Positions 1-11,962 of a DNA stretch of 64,000 nt are shown here, in pieces; the stretch's first letter is position 1; each line of letters opens with the position of its first letter. The position numbers and the translations under genes were made by a program. This DNA comes from Callorhinchus milii (Eukaryota): contig NW_024704743.1 in assembly GCF_018977255.1 (NCBI RefSeq), positions 69,690,001 to 69,754,000 of the forward strand, in the 5' to 3' direction. The notes beneath the pieces were generated by a model that searched no databases, had not been told where the DNA came from, and saw only the letters and a list, made by a program, of their open reading frames with translations.

Positions 1-604
1 CAACTGAATAGGGCAGGCTTTTCAAGTGGCACACCATCAAGTGGAAGATCAGTAAACCACTGCAATAGATCTAACTACTCATCGGTCATCATGTCTTCCT
101 TTCTGTAATTCTGAATAACAATGCTGAGGGACAGAATGTCCCAAACAGGCATTCCTTAGAATTAACCAACTCAACAAAGATGATCCAAAGAAAGTTCAAT
201 TTTCAAGGAACAGAAATTAAAATGTAGGAAGTTAGTAAGAAGTGAAGTCAGTAGGAACATTTTCAGAAATTAAAGTGTAATAGACTTCTGAGCTGAAGAT
301 GATGGAATTTCTCTAGTGATTAAGAGCTAATAGTGAGAAGGCAAGCTGGTGTAGTTGAAATCTATCAAACTGCCACTTGTACTGAATGGCTTTTCCAAAA
401 GTGGCAACCGAATCAATGATTTCAAAATGGCATAAGATTGTTTTCGCAGAGCATCTATTTCGAAATATGGTCATCATCCACGAAGCATCTGCTGCGTCCT
501 TCTTTACCACCACATGATATCCAACTGAGCCAACTCCACTCCCATCAGTGCTAGATTTGTAATAAAATTGGCATAAATAAATCAATTAAATCCACTGTGT
601 TATA

Positions 605-1700
605 CAACACTACATTTGTATAGCACCTTTCATGTCGGGAAGACATCCTAAGGCACTGGACAGTGTTTCGGACATGAGCTGGGGGTCAGGGAGGGTGGAA
701 GCAGGGAGATTGAAAGCACGGTCGAAGAGGAGGGTCTTGAGATGGGCCTTGAAGGGGGCAAGGGAGGGGGGCAAGGTGGAGGGACCGCCGGATGGAGTTC
801 CAGAGGGTGGGGGCAGAGTGGCAGAAGGCCCGCCTGACAATAGTGGGGCGATTGAGGCAGGGGACGTGAAGCAGACCAGAGCCCACTGAGCGAAGGGAGC
901 GAGCTGGATGGTAGGGGGCAAGGAGGTCACAGAGGTAGGGGGGAGCAAGACCATGGAGTGCTTTGAAGGTGAGGATCAGGATCTTGAACTGGATCCTGTG
1001 TGATGCGAAGCCAGTGGAGTCAGACGATGATGGGGTGATAGGGTTACGGAGCCTGGTCCAGGAGAGGTCGCGGGCTGTAGAGTTCTGGATGATCTGCACC
1101 TGTGGAGGGTGGAGTTGGGGAGGCTGACAAGCAATGAGTTTGCATAGTCAAGCCTCAATGTAATGAAAGCATGTATGAGAGTTTTGGCAGCCTGAGGCGC
1201 GAGACAGTGGCGGAGCCGAGCAATGTTGTGGAGGTGTGGGAAGGCAGAGCGGGTCATGGAGCAGACCATGGGTTAAACATAGGGTAGAAAGGAATAGTTA
1301 AGGGTCAAACAAGAGGCCAAGTTTCCGGAATGGCTTAGCAAGGTGGAGTATGCAACCATGGATGGTGATTCCGTCAGCGCTTGAGGTGAGGAGGTGCTGA
1401 TGAGAGCTAATCAGGAAACCTCAGTCTTGTTGACTTTCAACTGAAGAAAGTTAACTCTCATCCAGGACTTGATGTCCGATAGACATTCTGTCAGGACAGC
1501 AGTGGTCCTGGAGTTCAAGGGTGGAGGCAGAGAGATAGAGTTGGGTGTCATCTGTATACATGTGGAAGTTGACCTCATGTCTGCAGATGATGTCACCAAG
1601 AGGGAGCATATAGATACTGAAGAGGAGTGGACTAAGGACAGAGCCCTGAGGATATAAGAGGAACTTCATGCAGAGGGTGGTGAGAATATGAAACGCACTG
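605..1700 (-). mobile_element. L2-clade LINE, 5'-truncated and degraded
   Basis: Broken RT ([18 protein letters not shown]...[17 protein letters not shown]) plus the L2 3' stem-loop tail near 605-660. Confidence 0.9.
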
Positions 1701-1754
1701 CTGGAAACTGGTTGAATCAAAAATGTATTTAAAAGAAAATCTGAGGGAGAAGGA

Positions 1755-2345
1755 AACAGAAGGCATAGAGCACAAAAGCAAGGAAGTTCTGCTATCCCTT
1801 TATAAGTTGTTGGTTAGGCCTCAGCTGGAGTACTGTGCCCAATTCTGGTCACCACACTTTAGGAAGGATATCAAGGCCTTGGAAAGGGTGCAGAGGAGAT
1901 TTACCAGAATGGTACCAGGGATGAGGGACTTTAGTTATGTGGAGAGACTAGAGAAGCTGGGATTGTTCTCCTTAGAGCAGAGGAGATTTAGTAGGTGTTC
2001 AAAATTATGAGAAGTTTTGATAAGAGTAGATAGGGAGAAACTGTTTCCACTGGCAGGTGGTTCAGTACCCAGGGCACAGATTTAAGATAAGTAAAAGTAA
2101 AGTTATTGGCAAATTTTTTTTTATAAACAGTTGTTACGGTCTGGAATGTACTGCCTGAAGCGTGGTGGAAACAGATTCAGTAACTTTCAAAAGGGAATTA
2201 TATAGGTACTTGAAAACAAAAAAATTGCAAGGATATGGGGAGAGAGCAGGGGAGTGGGACTGATTGGGTAGCTCTTCGAAAGAGCCGGGACAGGCACGAT
2301 GGGCTGAATGGCCTCCTTCTGTGCTTTAATATTCTATGATTCTAA
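1755..2345 (+). mobile_element. CR1 LINE 3' fragment
   Basis: [15 protein letters not shown]...LERVQRRFTRM; 3' UTR GGGCTGAATGGCCTCCTTCTGTG and an ATTCTATG-type tail. Confidence 0.93.
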
Positions 2346-2865
2346 GGTTATAAGTGAAAGGTGGGGGGACATCATGTGAAATATAAACACTGGCGCAGAC
2401 TAGTTAGGCCAAATAGCCCATTTCCATCCTGCACAACTGTAGTTAATATTCTGTATACTATCTGCTTTAGGGATTCTTCAGACAATCTGTTGAGGAAATC
2501 AGCCAAGTACTGGTAAAATCGAAGAAGGCTGTGTCACAATTAGGGTTCTACTATAAAGAGTCATTTGGTGTACCAGAATTGCATCCAGTGGGTTTCCCCA
2601 GTTCTGATAATGGACATCGAGTTGCAATATTTATACATTCTGATTAGTCATCACAAGTTGATTGTAGATATCTGCATCTTTCAAAGAAATTATGGTGCTA
2701 AAAATGTGTTAAAATTCTTTGCCAATGTAATGTTGGTGGTACATGAAGGACTTAAAAAAAAAAGTACTATACCATGGATGAAGAAATTCAAAATCAACTG
2801 AAGCAAAACACATTCGCAAGATGAAAATACTGTGCAAATAAAACTAGCATTTATTTTCATTTTAC

Positions 2866-2993
2866 CTGTACATACGGCGAGGCAGATCCAGGAAATCCAG
2901 GTGACTGATAGCATGCATCCGTATTTTGGTACATGCAAGAGGTTGGTGATGCAATCAGGGGAGCTGGCCTGGCTTGAACTAACTGAATTGGAT
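2866..2993 (-). CDS. DAZL: DAZL exon 6 (Pro/Gln/Tyr-rich linker before the DAZ repeat)
   Basis: ctttgcttctattctgttatcaag|AT...GTACAG|gtaaaa, 128 nt, phase 1 to 0, no stop. Encodes YPIQLVQARP...NTDACYQ...SPYVQ, resembling DAZL HVQPRP...NTETYMQ...QYVQ. Confidence 0.88.
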
Positions 2994-3685
2994 CTTGATA
3001 ACAGAATAGAAGCAAAGATGACATTGCCTAAATATCTGCTTTTGGCTTTCATATTTTATTAAAGAATGAAATTCACCTATACACCTTAAAAAAAGTCAAG
3101 ACATTTTAAACAAAATAAGATTTTGGATCACTGGTTTGTTACTGTGGGAGTTGATATCTTAAATACTCCATGCCTCATCCCTGGCCATACCTAGCATGAG
3201 ATGTAAGAGATTTGTTGAAGGTACTTGCTCATTCACTGCCAGCTATCACTTATTTTCCATCCTAAAGGCAAATTAAATTCAACATTTCTCCAAGACTCAA
3301 CCAGGGAAATTACATGAGTTGGAGGTTGGAAATGAGCAAGCAGTCACATAAAAAGTGACGGATGAGGCCTATGATTCTTCAAAATAAAAGATAATTTTGC
3401 CAAAGGCGATAATGCGATAAAACCACCACAAACTGTCAACATGCACTACCTACAAAAATTACCAATGTAAATCAAGGATGTCAAATGTGTATAGTGAAAG
3501 GGAATCTAAAAGACAAAGTTCGGCCTGAAAATGAATCAGAGCAGAGCTGGGAGGGAAGGTCACTTGATATACTGTGAGATTATATAAAGGGGCAATATTA
3601 GGTGATTTTTCTTCTTCCCATCCTTATGGGATGGAAGGAAATTCTGGCTTGTATTTGGAAGCTAATGGAAAGAAAGAAAACTTAC

Positions 3686-3752
3686 ATGAATCCTGCTGCT
3701 TCCTGATTGCTGGTCCAATCTTCAATTTCTTGCCTTTGAAGTTGATTTGGGA
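3686..3752 (-). CDS. DAZL: DAZL exon 5 (end of RRM)
   Basis: ttcaattacag|TCC...TCAT|gtaagt, 67 nt. Encodes SQINFKGKKLKIGPAIRKQQDS versus DAZL SQINFHGKKLKLGPAIRKQ. Confidence 0.97.
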
Positions 3753-4339
3753 CTGTAATTGAAACAAATCAAGCCCCTCTTACCCAAACACAATTTGTTA
3801 ACAGCAAACAGCCATTTGTAATGGTAGACTTGAAAAGTGAAATAGATGGCGGACACCACTGAGTCACCAAATTCAAGTCAGAATCACATTGAAAAATGAG
3901 TATAGTATATAGTAGAGGACTTCTTAAAACTTCAATTGGCATAGTAGGCAACACAATGGTATTCTCTGACCCTGTACATTTCTTTGTACAGCAAACAATT
4001 GTTTACAAGCAGTCTTCTTCATCCTTAAAAAGGGAGAAAAGTCTAGGGATAAGGTACGTACCGTAGAATTCCCATTAAACATGGTATTTGTAGGTCCATA
4101 AAATACCAATCAGCTTTATAATGGGTTCTATCGATGGCCAGCACTTCCGCATCACGACATCACCAAGTAAGTGACTGGCACCGTCAATGTGCATGTATCC
4201 AAAAAGCCAGTTAGCTTTATAACATGCATCATGATTTAAATCACAACGTTGTGCTTTGTAATGCATCATCTCATGACTCAAAAGAAGTCATCTCGCAATG
4301 ACTTATTTTGAAGTGCAACTTCACAATCTAAAACAAGTG

Positions 4340-4510
4340 ATAATAATAATAATAATAATCCTTGCATTTGATATAGCGCTTTTCACGTCGAGAGGACGTC
4401 CCAAAGCGCTTCACAGAATAGACTGTAAAGTGAATTGACTGTATATTTGTGGGCGAACGCGGCAGCCAATTGCGCACAGCAATGTCCCACAAACAGTCGT
4501 AGATTGAAAA
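4340..4510 (-). mobile_element. tRNA-headed SINE, 3' half
   Basis: (AAT)n tail, L2-type stem-loop and Deu-like TGTGGGACATTGCTGTGCGCAATTGGCTGCC segment. Confidence 0.9.
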
Positions 4511-5596
4511 GTGATGGAGCAGATTGGATTTCTGCCCGCTTTTTGTATTTTGGCAAGTGCTGTAAATGTCAGAGCCTACACTCGACGTCACACTATTAGC
4601 AAACCAACATTATAATGGGGTTCCACTATGCTTTAATGTACCTTGCTACAGTAGAGAAATAAAATCTACAAATATACCCATCACCTATAAGCAGCGTTTC
4701 TCAAATTAGGCCATCATGACATGACCAATCAAGTGACTGGCAACATTAATGTGCATGTATCCAAAAAGCCAATTGGCTTATCAGCATGCATCACACTTTA
4801 AAATCACAATTTTGTGCTTTTATACACATGAGGTATGCAGTTGCTACCTCAGCTTTACGCCAGCTTTAGCATCAAAACAGTGCTGCTTCTTAAAAGCGAT
4901 AGTCTCAACTGCTAAGCCGATCATAACTTTACCGACAATTCTGTTCCCTAATAATATTTATGCACATCTCAAATGTTTTTCGTATATTGTGCTTTTCTCA
5001 TTACTGTCTGTGCAAGGTTTATTTGGGTCTGTCCAAATCCTAACCGAAAGGTTAGAAGAATTGTTGCGAGAATGATGACTTATACCAGGAGTTAAATCTA
5101 CAGCACAGGATACCATTCAACCAATCGAATCAGCACCAGCTCAGAACAAGGAAATCAATTCAACCTGACCTCCCTGCCTCATCCCCAGATCCCTTTTCAT
5201 ATGCCTGTGTACTTCCCTCTTGAAACCTGGCAGATTGTCATATGAAAGTTGAGTATATTGTTGGAAAAATAATAAAAGAAAATGTTGATGCAATTTATTT
5301 ATTCTCCTTCCTACAGAGATTTATTTAAAAATCACTAAATTCAGCAAGGAATTCCTGAATCTCCCTGAAATGGAATGCACTTATTGACAGTATAAATGGT
5401 GTTATGAGGCATCTTTTAATGGATGTTCCTCATCTTTTCTAAATGACAGTAATTCACTTTGAAAATACTCCCATAATCTGATTTTCTCCATCACCAAGAT
5501 CAGGATAGAATAAGTTACTTAAAAAGCAAACTAGAACATGCTCTCTCTATAAATCATTAACTACTCAAAAGAAAATGCATATAAAAAATCACTTAC

Positions 5597-5651
5597 TTCA
5601 GAAATAATCTTCTGAATGTCAACATCGTTATGGAATGACACAAAGCCATAT
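5597..5651 (-). CDS. DAZL: DAZL exon 4 (RRM RNP1)
   Basis: aaaacag|ATATGGC...GAA|gtaagt, 55 nt, phase 2 to 0. Encodes YGFVSFHNDVDIQKIISE versus DAZL YGFVSFFNDVDVQKIVE. Confidence 0.97.
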
Positions 5652-5759
5652 CTGTTTTTGAAAATAAATAGGACACATAGACAAATATGACAACAAAATA
5701 AGCCTCAACAGATTCATCAGACATATTATGCTGAGCCAATTTTTTAAAAAGTTGAATTG

Positions 5760-6090
5760 TTTGCCTCATACAGGCAAACATGGTAGCCAATTTGCAAATT
5801 ATAATGTCCCACAAATATTGCTATGAATTGAATGATCAGGTTTTTCTGGGGGTGTTGACTAGGACACACTTCTCTTTATGAGTCGTGCCATGGGATCTTT
5901 AACACCAACCTGAACAGATAGCTCAGACCTTAGTTTATCAACTTATTTGAAGGATGGTGCCTTACAAAATAGTACTGCCCCAGTGCTGCAATAGTATCAG
6001 CCTTGGACTATATTTAAATACCCACAAGGGGCTTAAATCCACAATTTTCTGACCCAGGTGCAAGAGTGCTATCAATTGGGCCAGACTAAC
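5760..6090 (-). mobile_element. Old Deu-domain SINE (SacSINE1-like)
   Basis: Degenerate GATCCCATGGCAC...TGTGGGACATT...CAAATTGGCT core on the minus strand. Confidence 0.7.
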
Positions 6091-6444
6091 ACCTTGGAGC
6101 ATTCTACACATGCTATTAGAGCCAACTCCAACCTAAAAGCTGAGAAGTGAAAGAGATACTTACCCCACACAATCTCTTTCCCATGACTCATGAGAACCCA
6201 CAAGCCGTGGGTACATTATAGGGCAACCACATTATATAACCCTTTTGTCTGTCCCAGGAACTGGACGACCAATCTGAGGGTTCTCAATTACAATATTCCA
6301 TTCCCAACTCCTATCGTTGATGAGTTTTAACCTAAACAAGCTCATTACACATCAAAGCGCTCTGAGATGCCACCCAGCATGGAGGGCACTATATAAATCC
6401 AAGTTGTTGTAATAGGACAGTTACACCTGGTGGCCGCACCGACT

Positions 6445-7375
6445 CCCAGTCTAAATACTCTAAATACGGTCTCACCAATGATTTATACACTGGCAGAATT
6501 ACCCCGCTATTTCGGCTTGCTGTTGACCTTTCGATACATCCCAACATCTGGTTTGCTTTACTCACTGGCACAGAGCATTGTTGCGAGAGCTTCAATTTAT
6601 TGTCAATCAGGACCTCCAGGTCCTTTTCCATACATATTTTTCCTTCCATTCAAATAATCTCTTCCAGGATTTTTTGTCCCCACGTGAAGAGCTTTTTCAT
6701 TTCTCCACATTGAATTTCATCTGTTACCAATCTGCCCGATTCCCAAGTATGCTCAAATCTTCCTGTCACCTAGCTTGTTCAGTTTTCTCAATCTACCCCC
6801 TTGATTAGCTGGGTTTCATCTGCAAACTTAACCACTGTGCTTGCAACTCCTAGTTCCAAATCATTCATAAAAATATTAAACAAAAGAGGTCCCAAAACAA
6901 ACTCTTGTGGAGCTCCATTGGTAACGTTTTCCATGTCTGTAACCACCACCTGTAACCACCACCTACTGGGTACTTCCGGTCAACCAGTTGTGTATCCACT
7001 GTAATATACCTCTACCAATTCCAGCTTTCTTTACTTGCAGCACCAGTCTGTCAAGAGCATCTATATCAAAGGCCTTACTGAAATCCAGTTATACAACATC
7101 CACCCTTGTCACACCATCAAAGAAAACCAGCAAATTAAATTGGCAAGACCTTCCCTTCATGAACCCATATTGGTATCCTTTATGATGTTATTTCTGTCCA
7201 GATGCTCCATGATTTCACCCTTAATAAGAGTCTCCATAATTTTACCCACAATGCACACCAAACTTACTGGTCTGTAGTTTCCTGGGTCACTTTTGTTATC
7301 TTTCTTAAAACTAGGAGTTACATTTGCCTTTCTCCAGTCCCCGGCACCTCTCCAGTATTCAGTGATTTTTTGAAA
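6445..7375 (-). mobile_element. CR1 LINE RT fragment (degraded)
   Basis: DWRKANVTP...DPGNYRPVSL...; YKSLVRPYLEY. Confidence 0.9.
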
Positions 7376-7378
7376 GAA

Positions 7379-7701
7379 TTCCCTCCTCACTCTGCTGGGC
7401 TCGCTGCTTGAGTGAGGCTCTTGCAAATCTCCCGTATATAGGCCTCTGACACAACCAGTTTCAACCGGTCAGCAAATATTAACCAATCCCTAACACCTGG
7501 CCTGTGACTAATTGCCTATTTGACTTGCTTACCTGTTTGCTTGAAAAGTTCTCTCTTGCTCAAGAAAGAATTCCCACTCTTCCTAACATAAAGAGTTCTC
7601 TCTTGCTCAAGAATTCCCACTCTCACCAAATTCCTTAACAGAATTCTCACTCTGTTCCACCTCACTCAGTTCCCTCCTCACTCTGCTGGGCTCTCTGCTC
7701 G
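7379..7701 (-). repeat. Promoter-like leader joined to the CR1 fragment (partial tandem monomer)
   Basis: About 30-nt direct repeat at 7379 and 7670; TATATA (7435-7440) about 27 nt upstream of CTCACTC; similar to 57212-57330. Confidence 0.6.
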
Positions 7702-7807
7702 CCATAAACTAGTTACAAAAAGTATAGCATTTAGCAAACAATTTCTGAATATACTGTAGTTCCAAACAATTAAGCATAAAATGTATATGCCCAATACATT
7801 TGCTTAC

Positions 7808-7899
7808 CCTCTGGAAACACCACCTCCATCACTGATTATTTTAACTTGCTTCACAGCACCATATCTTGCAAAGAAACCCCGCATTTCATCTTCACTCAT
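7808..7899 (-). CDS. DAZL: DAZL exon 3 (RRM)
   Basis: tttcctattatag|ATG...GG|gtaagc, 92 nt. Encodes MSEDEMRGFFARYGAVKQVKIISDGGGVSRG versus DAZL MDETEIRSFFARYGSVKEVKIITDRTGVSKG. Confidence 0.97.
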
Positions 7900-8244
7900 C
7901 TATAATAGGAAAGATCAGAAACATATTTGGCATTTAAAACTATAAATACAACTCAATTTGTTCCATAATGCAACATTATACAATTTTTAGCCTTTTGTTT
8001 TCATGAAAGAAAGCTAAATAAAGACTTCAAGACAATGCTCTGAAGACAGTGTCTCCAAATCCAAATGAAATGGTTGGGTTTCAACCCATTGTAATATACT
8101 TTCACCAATTCTGATGATGGGTTTCAAACCTCATGCATCCATGGAGATTGTATTTAACTAGGCAATTTTCTCCCCAACAGAAAATATGTTTGATATAGTG
8201 CCTTTCATATCAGAAGAATGTCTCAAAGAATTTCACAAAGTATA

Positions 8245-8660
8245 GTGTCAGTCTTGCTCAGCCGGTACTATTGCACCTCTGAATTAGATTGTGGGTTCAA
8301 GCCCACTATTGGTACTTAGCATACAGTCTATGCTGACACTCCAGTGCAGTGCTTGGGGTGTGCTGCATTGTCAGAGGTGCTGTCCTTTGGATGACAATTT
8401 AAACCAAAGTTTCATCTGCCTGTCTAGTAGACATTAAAAACCCTATGAAACTATCTGAAAACAGAAGGGAGTTTCTCGCTGTGTCCTGGCCAACAATCCT
8501 ACAAATAAAATTGGTCACTCACTCCAAGTCTGTTTGTGGGCCATTACTATTTGCAAATTGGTTGCTGCATTTCACCTACAAAATACAGTCATACCACTTT
8601 ATAGTATATCCTGTAAAGCACTTTGAGACATCTCCATGATGTGATAAGGCACTACATCAA
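8245..8660 (+). mobile_element. Old Deu-domain SINE
   Basis: Degenerate tRNA head (GGGTTCAAGCCC B box), Deu core and L2-type tail. Confidence 0.8.
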
Positions 8661-9594
8661 AAGGAACATTTTTTAAAAATATACTACACTGTAAAGTGGA
8701 TTGACTGTTTTGTAAGCTAATATTGAATTTTACACATTTTTCTTTAAGGAAAATCTATCTCCCTCTTCTATCCAATTATAGCATTTAAAAATAAGAAAAA
8801 TTGAATAGTTGACCACCACTATATGGAAAAATACAGAATGGTCTAGATTTCCTGTACGTTTTAAAGCATCTGCAAATTGTTAGTCTTAATTTTGAAGTCA
8901 GTTTTCTGTAAGCTTCTAAAGAACTACAGAAAATCAACTTCATAGTTCAGAATGAATTCATCAATTTGCTAATTTTGGACATCTAAAATGCTACATAAAT
9001 GTAGTGAAATAGATTCAGGAAGTTTCAGGCGCATTGATTAGACAAAACTGTCTCCTGAGCAGCTAAAGGCTGACTAAGCTTAAGAAAATCAGCAAAACCT
9101 ATTGCAAAGCAGGCTTCTTAATGACGTTTTCAAACTTGTAAATCTATGATACAGGAAGAAAAGAAAATACTGTGAAAATGCTACAAGCAGTCAATGGTTC
9201 AAGGTTTAATTCCAAGGTATTTTGCTTTTAAAGAACCAATGCCAGTGCACTGTTGTAAATGATGAATATCCATAGCTGCAGCAACTCCCACTAAAACTAC
9301 ACAATACTCAGTTCTGGAGAAGGCAATATTCTCAATTATTTTCTATATTCTAGTGTAAGGACGTATATTTTGGGCAATTCTCAAAATGCAGTATTCCTGA
9401 TTAGAATGGAACCAAGCTGTCAAAAAGAAGCAATTCTCTTCACATTACTATATAAAGATCTCATCCACCTCCATCAAAACACCATTGGCAGAAATCCGAG
9501 AGCTGCTTGTCGAAAACAACCCTCTTAGTGACAGAATAATAACTTGACAGAATTTGAATAAAGCACAAAACAATTATTTTAAAAAGGAGAATAT

Positions 9595-9840
9595 CACTGT
9601 CTGTTCGGGTGGACGTTAAAGATCCCATGAGACTATTCAAGTTTCTCCTGGTGTCCTGGTCAACAAATCCCCAAAATAGATTTCAAGCCCGATTGTGGGA
9701 CATTGCTGTGTGCAAACTGGCTGCCTCATTATTCCCTCAGAATACAGACAATCAGCTTTACAGCATATTTATCTGGTGAATTGCTTTGAGACGTCTCAAT
9801 ACCATGATAAGGCACAGCATCAAATGCGAGGAAAATTATT
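9595..9840 (+). mobile_element. Deu-domain SINE fragment
   Basis: GGTGGACGTTAAAGATCCCATG...TGTGGGACATTGCTGTGTGCAAACTGGCTGCC followed by a tail. Confidence 0.75.
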
Positions 9841-9924
9841 ACTGTGCTATTATTACTCAGTGCAGGCTTATTTTGGTTGCTTCATAGTTGCAATCATACT
9901 TCAATGTATCAATTTGTGAATGCA

Positions 9925-10775
9925 GCGCGACATAGATAGGTTAGGTGATTGGGCAGGTAGGTGGCAGATAACGTATAATGTAGGGAAGTGCGAAGTCATC
10001 CACCTCGGTAGCAAAAACAGTTGAGCGGATTATTTTTTAGAAGGGGAGAGATTGGAATGTGTTAGCGTCCAGAGGGACTTGGGTGTCCTTGTACGAGAAT
10101 CACAGAAAGTTAGTCTGCAGGTGCAGCAGCAATTAGGAAGGCGAACGGTATGTTAGCATTCATTATGAAAGGATTAGAGTATAAGAGTAGGGAAGTCTTG
10201 CTGCAACTGTATAGGGCCCTGGTGAGACCACACCTGCAATACTGTGTGCAGTTTTGGTCTCCTTATTTAAGGAAGGGTGTACTTGCCTTGGAGGGGGTGC
10301 AGCGTAGATTTACTAGGTTAGTACCAGGGATGAAGGGGTTGAGTTATGAGGATAGGCTGACCTAGAATATAGAAGAATTAGAGGGGATCTTCTGGAAACC
10401 TATAAGATCATCAAAGGGCGTGATAGAGTGGATAGTGGGAGATTGTTTCCGCTGGTTGGAGAAACTAAAACCAGGGGTCACAACCTTAAAATCAGAGACC
10501 AGCCCTTTCTCACTGAGTTGAGGAAGAACTTCTTCACTCAAAGGGTGGTGAATGTATGGAACTCACTACCCCAAAGGGCTGTTGATGCTCAGTCCTTGAA
10601 CATATTCACGACTGAAATTGATAGATTTCTTATTGCAAAAGTGATTAAGGGATATGGGGATAAGGCAGGTCAGGTTATTAGCTGGAGTTAGATTGGAAGA
10701 TCAGCCATGATTGAATGGCGGGGCAGGCTCGAAGGCTTGAATGGCCTACTCCTGCTCCTACATGTTATGTTATAT
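9925..10775 (+). mobile_element. CR1 LINE 3' fragment
   Basis: LVRPHLQYCVQFWSP, KTRGHNLKI, FFTQRVVNVWNSLP; 3' UTR GAATGGCCTACTCCTGCTCC. Confidence 0.95.
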
Positions 10776-11812
10776 ACTCATTAGTGGCTATTGCAATATA
10801 GAGATGTTAATAATGTGAATGTGTAAGATTCTCTGCTCCAACCCCACTCCACTCCCAAAGTTAATTCCTGCCAAACCAATTAGCACTGATCAGGGCTTTC
10901 ATTTAAAAAAATTAGTAGTCACGATCCTATGAAGCAACAGTTGAATGCCATGAGATGAAAGCTAAGCATCTACCTTCAGACAGCAGCATTAAGAATGATG
11001 TAGGAAGTGGAGAGAAGGGTTCCACCAGTTTGATTCTTAAGCAATTTTTAAATTTACAATAGCATTAGTCAAACAAACCAGCTGAGGGTTAAAAGATCTA
11101 AAGTGTCCTCAAAAATACTACTTTAGTCCAATATTATTTGGCAAGACTTTTCAATTTTAGTGTTTTACAGGTGCACAAATAACCACTAAAAACACATAAT
11201 GGTATAATTGGGGTCCATAAAATACTATTCTACATTATAATTGGTCACTTTATAGCTGTTCAGCACTTCTGGGGTTGCTGACTTCACTGAGCATGTGGAA
11301 TGATGCTAGCCACAGAGCAGCAGCAGTTGATGTCAGGAAGCTCTCTGTGCCTGTACATCATGCAGAGAAAACAGGCCAGGCAGATAAGAAAGTAATGCAC
11401 TTTGATATTTTGCTGTCCATTGTGTGCCTACATTGCATCTAAACCTGCAGCGTAGTAATACCTGGGTCAAACTGAAGTGAATTTCAGAATTTAGAATATA
11501 CTGCAAACCCATTTACTTTGGCACCTACTACCCCCCACCCCTCCCCCATGGAGCAGGCCTATGCTCTTACTTTGTGACACTATTATTGTGGCGCTATATC
11601 TTTAGGCAATCACTGAGGGTTGTCTTCTCTATCACATCAAAAGCAAGTGATTTTTTTTATTTTTCAAACATCATTTAATTTGCACAATGGGCCACCAAAA
11701 AAAATCAATTTTACAGTATACATTTCCATTTAATATACTGAATGATAAAAATTACCACCAGGCAGAAAAAAATCATTATATAATTATTATCATTGAATAA
11801 GATATATCCTAC

Positions 11813-11962
11813 CTCAAAATCAATTCCACCAACAAAAATAGTGTTTGGCATGATTCTTCCACTTGGTAAAACATATCTTCGATTCATTGAGGGTGCTGCA
11901 GAGGACTGGTTCTCCAGTTCTTGACCAGCATCACCATCTTGTGCTTCATTAATTCTCCCGGA
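11813..11962 (-). CDS. DAZL: DAZL exon 2 (N-terminus and RRM RNP2)
   Basis: ttttatcttccag|TCC...GAG|gtagga, 150 nt. Encodes SGRINE...YVLPSGRIMPNTIFVGGIDFE, matching DAZL YILPEGKIMPNTVFVGGID. Confidence 0.96.

Noticed and set aside
45..95. C/D-box snoRNA-like ATGATGA...CTGA on the minus strand
   Set aside because: The boxes are too close together and I see no convincing rRNA guide sequence.
313..585. 90-aa minus-strand ORF as a further DAZL exon
   Set aside because: The nearest acceptor (ctag|CACTGA) gives an immediate stop in phase 0, and there is no DAZ-repeat similarity.
2690..3052. 120-aa ORF from the track
   Set aside because: It overlaps DAZL exon 6 in the wrong frame.
8035..8140. Penelope-type hammerhead ribozyme (CTGATGA...)
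   Set aside because: The GAAA core and required stems are missing.
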